A stretch of DNA of 26,802 nucleotides from a virus (taxonomy: Duplodnaviria; Caudoviricetes), in IMG/VR virus record IMGVR_UViG_3300044513_000021, positions 1-26,802 of that record. One strand, given 5' to 3'. Below are positions 24,177 to 26,802 of this stretch, in pieces; positions within the stretch are counted from its first letter, which is position 1; each line of letters opens with the position of its first letter. A model generated the notes under the pieces. It made no database searches, was not told where the DNA came from, and was given only the letters and a program-made list of their open reading frames with translations. The position numbers were made by a program, and so were the translations under genes.

Positions 24177-26451
24177 TAAGCTTATCCCTCTTACGTTCTA
24201 CAACTAAGTCCATAAGTTGTTTAGTACACCATTTAAGTAATGGTTTATTACTGATAAACTTAGCATATTTTTCTCCGTGGGTCAAGTACAATTTATTAAA
24301 CCACGAAGGTGCTTCATATTTTAACCATGTACGGAAGATAAACCAACGCATATCATTATTGCCGTATACTTCACGTGCTACCCAACAGAACATTGCCATA
24401 CCAGCAAAGGTTGAAATCATACTACCGATAGCATTACCTGCCGCAGTAGAAGATTGTTCTGCTGCAATTTGACTACGTGTTGACGCATCTAACTGGGCAA
24501 TAGCCAACGCATTGTTTCTGTCAATTTGATTTTCTGCAGATGTCCAAGCCCATTCCATAGAATCACCGTAGAAATTCCACAGATTATTGTACGCTTGTTT
24601 GCTAATATCCAAGATAGCATTAGCGTTAAGTTCATTAGCACGATTAACGGATGCAGTATCTGCAGTAGCAATTTGCCTACGCCACTGTGCGTTAGCCTGC
24701 GCAATTACCATTTGATTCTGTGCGTTAAACTGGTCACGCTGATTATTTAGTTCAGCATTGAAACGTGCGATTGTGTTAGTCTGCCCAGCATTGAACTGAC
24801 TTTGTGCGTTTTGTTGAGTGGCATTAAACTGCGATACTTGTGCGCCAAGACTAGCAAAGAACTGATCAACCTGATTCTGGCTAGATGCATTAAACTGAGC
24901 AGCAGCATTGGTAGCAGCTTGATCTGTAAACAGTGACTGTGTACGCTGTTGTGCTTTAAATATCTCAGTCTGTTGTTTATTAGATAGGTTAGCCATATCA
25001 ACCTGCAGAAAGTTCTGCGCATTCTGTACTGCAGTAGCCTGACGATTGTTTAAGTTTTGTGAGTCTAGTTGTGCTAGTGCAGATGCTTCAGCCATTACAA
25101 GAGCCTGATTGTTAGATAGATTATTCAGGTTCATTGTATTAGCAGCACGACTATTCTCTAGCTGTACTTGCTGTTCTGCTGTAAAGTTCTGATTAGCAAT
25201 GTCACTAATCTTACTAGCGTTCATTACTTTCTGCTGGAATGACTGGTCAAACTCTTGACCCATAAACTTAGCACGTTGTTCAGCAGCAAGCATCGCTGAT
25301 TGCTGTCTGTTAGATAAGTTCTGCGATTCAAACTTAGCTATTGTCTGTGCATCTGCCATTGCGATAGGCATTGCAGACTCCATAGCAGCCTGTACAACGG
25401 CCTGACCAGCAATAGATGAAGCACTAAGACCACGTGCAGCCATAGTAGCATTAGCAGTACGAATAGCACCTGCTGCCCATGCTGGTGTAGCACCGCCTAC
25501 AAACTGGTTCATTAGACCAGATAACTGATCCTGTACCATTGCCTGTTGACTAGGGTTAGCCTGTGCAGCAGCAGCATCTGTCTGTGCAGCCAAAGCAGCA
25601 GCACGTGTAGCATCTACTCCTGTGCCACTGATAAGTTCACCAGCCTGTAGGCTACGCTGTACTGGACTGTTGATTAGAATAGCGTTGCCCTGTGCAGCAG
25701 CTAGGTTGCCTACAGAAGATGTTGTCTGTTGGGCAGCAGTAATCTGCGCACGAGGGTCTTGAGGATTAGCTTGTGCAGCTTGAGTGGCTTGCATTGCTGC
25801 GTCTACAGCAGGTGCTGCTTGTGTAGCCTGCATTATATTAGCTTGTGACGCAGTAGGCTGCTGTGCCTGTGATGTCATTGCCATAGCTGTAGGTGTAGCC
25901 ACTGTACCTGTCAGTGCGCCTGTACCTGCTGCAAGGTCTTGTGAAGGGTCATACTGTGTCTGTGCAGCGATTGTAGTACCGCCTACAGGTACACCGGGGG
26001 TATACATCTGTTCTACAGAGAACTCACCGATGTTCTTTGGTGTTGTTGTAGGACCAAAGTTATAATTAGTAGGAACCTCTACACGTGTACCATCAGGCTG
26101 ATAAGCAAAGATGTTACCTGCTTGTGGCATTACTGCTGTACGTATTGCATTAGGAGTAGGATCAGTTTGCACATACGGATTAGGAGTAGTGTTATAGCTA
26201 GGACCAGTCACCGTAGGTGTAGCAGCTTGTGTGCCAGCAGGGTTAGTCGTTGTACCACCAACTGCAAACTTCTTACGTGCATAACCACCTTTAGCCATAG
26301 TCTGTGCAGCATTGGTGTACATATTCATCTGTTGTTGACGTTGTGGGTCTCCCTCAATGAACTGTTGAAACTGGTTCATATCACCTTGATAGCCCATAGC
26401 CTGTGCAATCTTATTCATTGCGGCTGGCTTAAATGCTTTAAACATAGCCAT
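24160..26451 (-). CDS. Putative ejection/DNA-pilot protein, 763 aa, Q/N/A-rich, with C-terminal CWVAREVYG domain
   Basis: 11-residue QFNA repeats, a Gly/Ala hydrophobic segment, then a compositionally distinct 75-aa domain. Confidence 0.7.
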   Translation of the reverse strand: MAMFKAFKPAAMNKIAQAMGYQGDMNQFQQFIEGDPQRQQQMNMYTNAAQTMAKGGYARKKFAVGGTTTNPAGTQAATPTVTGPSYNTTPNPYVQTDPTPNAIRTAVMPQAGNIFAYQPDGTRVEVPTNYNFGPTTTPKNIGEFSVEQMYTPGVPVGGTTIAAQTQYDPSQDLAAGTGALTGTVATPTAMAMTSQAQQPTASQANIMQATQAAPAVDAAMQATQAAQANPQDPRAQITAAQQTTSSVGNLAAAQGNAILINSPVQRSLQAGELISGTGVDATRAAALAAQTDAAAAQANPSQQAMVQDQLSGLMNQFVGGATPAWAAGAIRTANATMAARGLSASSIAGQAVVQAAMESAMPIAMADAQTIAKFESQNLSNRQQSAMLAAEQRAKFMGQEFDQSFQQKVMNASKISDIANQNFTAEQQVQLENSRAANTMNLNNLSNNQALVMAEASALAQLDSQNLNNRQATAVQNAQNFLQVDMANLSNKQQTEIFKAQQRTQSLFTDQAATNAAAQFNASSQNQVDQFFASLGAQVSQFNATQQNAQSQFNAGQTNTIARFNAELNNQRDQFNAQNQMVIAQANAQWRRQIATADTASVNRANELNANAILDISKQAYNNLWNFYGDSMEWAWTSAENQIDRNNALAIAQLDASTRSQIAAEQSSTAAGNAIGSMISTFAGMAMFCWVAREVYGNNDMRWFIFRTWLKYEAPSWFNKLYLTHGEKYAKFISNKPLLKWCTKQLMDLVVERKRDKLNVKTI

Positions 26452-26682
26452 TTACAGTGACTCCCTACTTAATACTTTATCCAGCTTATCTTCTACACGA
26501 TGCAGTGCTTCCATTACACGGCGCATATCATCACGCATTTCTGTGCGAGTAGCGTATTCTTCACGTGTCTTGTTCAGCAGTATCTCTACACGCTTCTGTT
26601 CTTTGGTCATGCCGTTAGCCCACCAAGCACCAGCAGCTACGACTAATCCGATAAGCATATCAATCAAGGACTGCATCTCCAT
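26452..26682 (-). CDS. Small N-terminal TM plus coiled-coil protein (holin-like architecture)
   Basis: LIDMLIGLVVAAGAWW then a charged helix; ATG at 26682 follows the upstream stop by 1 nt. Confidence 0.65.
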   Translation of the reverse strand: MEMQSLIDMLIGLVVAAGAWWANGMTKEQKRVEILLNKTREEYATRTEMRDDMRRVMEALHRVEDKLDKVLSRESL

Positions 26683-26683
26683 C

Positions 26684-26800
26684 TTAGTCAGCATCCGCAA
26701 TGGTCAGTTCGCCAGCGTCCACTTGCTTCAGGATTTCTGCGTAGTGACGGTTGGCTGGGTTTAGTGGTACGAACATCTCTGTGCCGTCAATAGTGGCTTT
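26684..26800 (-). CDS. 3' end of a small tail-region protein (...KATIDGTEMFVPLNPANRHYAEILKQVDAGELTIADAD), 5'-truncated
   Basis: Open frame from the window edge to TAA. The VP.(D/N)PAN.HY motif is typical of small proteins next to marine phage tail-fibre genes. Confidence 0.65.
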   Translation of the reverse strand, partial: KATIDGTEMFVPLNPANRHYAEILKQVDAGELTIADAD

Positions 26801-26802
26801 AA

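Noticed and set aside
19879-26764. Many + strand ORFs opposite the late genes, and - strand ORFs opposite the early and replication genes
   Set aside because: Antisense shadows of long real genes, with no RBS or recognisable motifs.

Overview
A 26.8-kb segment of a tailed dsDNA bacteriophage, most likely an HMO-2011-type marine podovirus of the kind known from SAR116 and Roseobacter alphaproteobacteria. The diagnostic features are a family A DNA polymerase with a DnaJ-type CxxCxGxG zinc-finger insert and a tyrosine integrase directly upstream of primase-helicase-polymerase. Bases 1-18414 (+ strand) hold an early/accessory region of many small, often very acidic ORFs. These are followed by a replication and nucleotide-metabolism module: glutaredoxin, DUF932-like protein, integrase, primase, helicase, polymerase, SSB-like protein, Cas4-like exonuclease, endonuclease I, DUF3310, class II RNR, GIY-YIG nuclease and MazG. 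After a hairpin terminator at about 18420-18445, convergent - strand genes encode probable internal virion/ejection proteins. The least explained signals are in the early region: (1) four same-orientation copies of the 16-bp palindrome AGTCCAA-TG-TTGGACT; (2) two of these preceded by long AT-rich hairpins with different stems but an identical 13-nt loop GATACTTTAGTGA; (3) an exact 20-bp RBS-containing repeat; (4) a densely structured ~260-nt non-coding stretch. Other notable points are ArfA-like and Rmf-like small proteins and an ejection protein with 11-residue repeats plus a Cys-initiated C-terminal domain. All product names come from motif recognition by eye; no database search was run.
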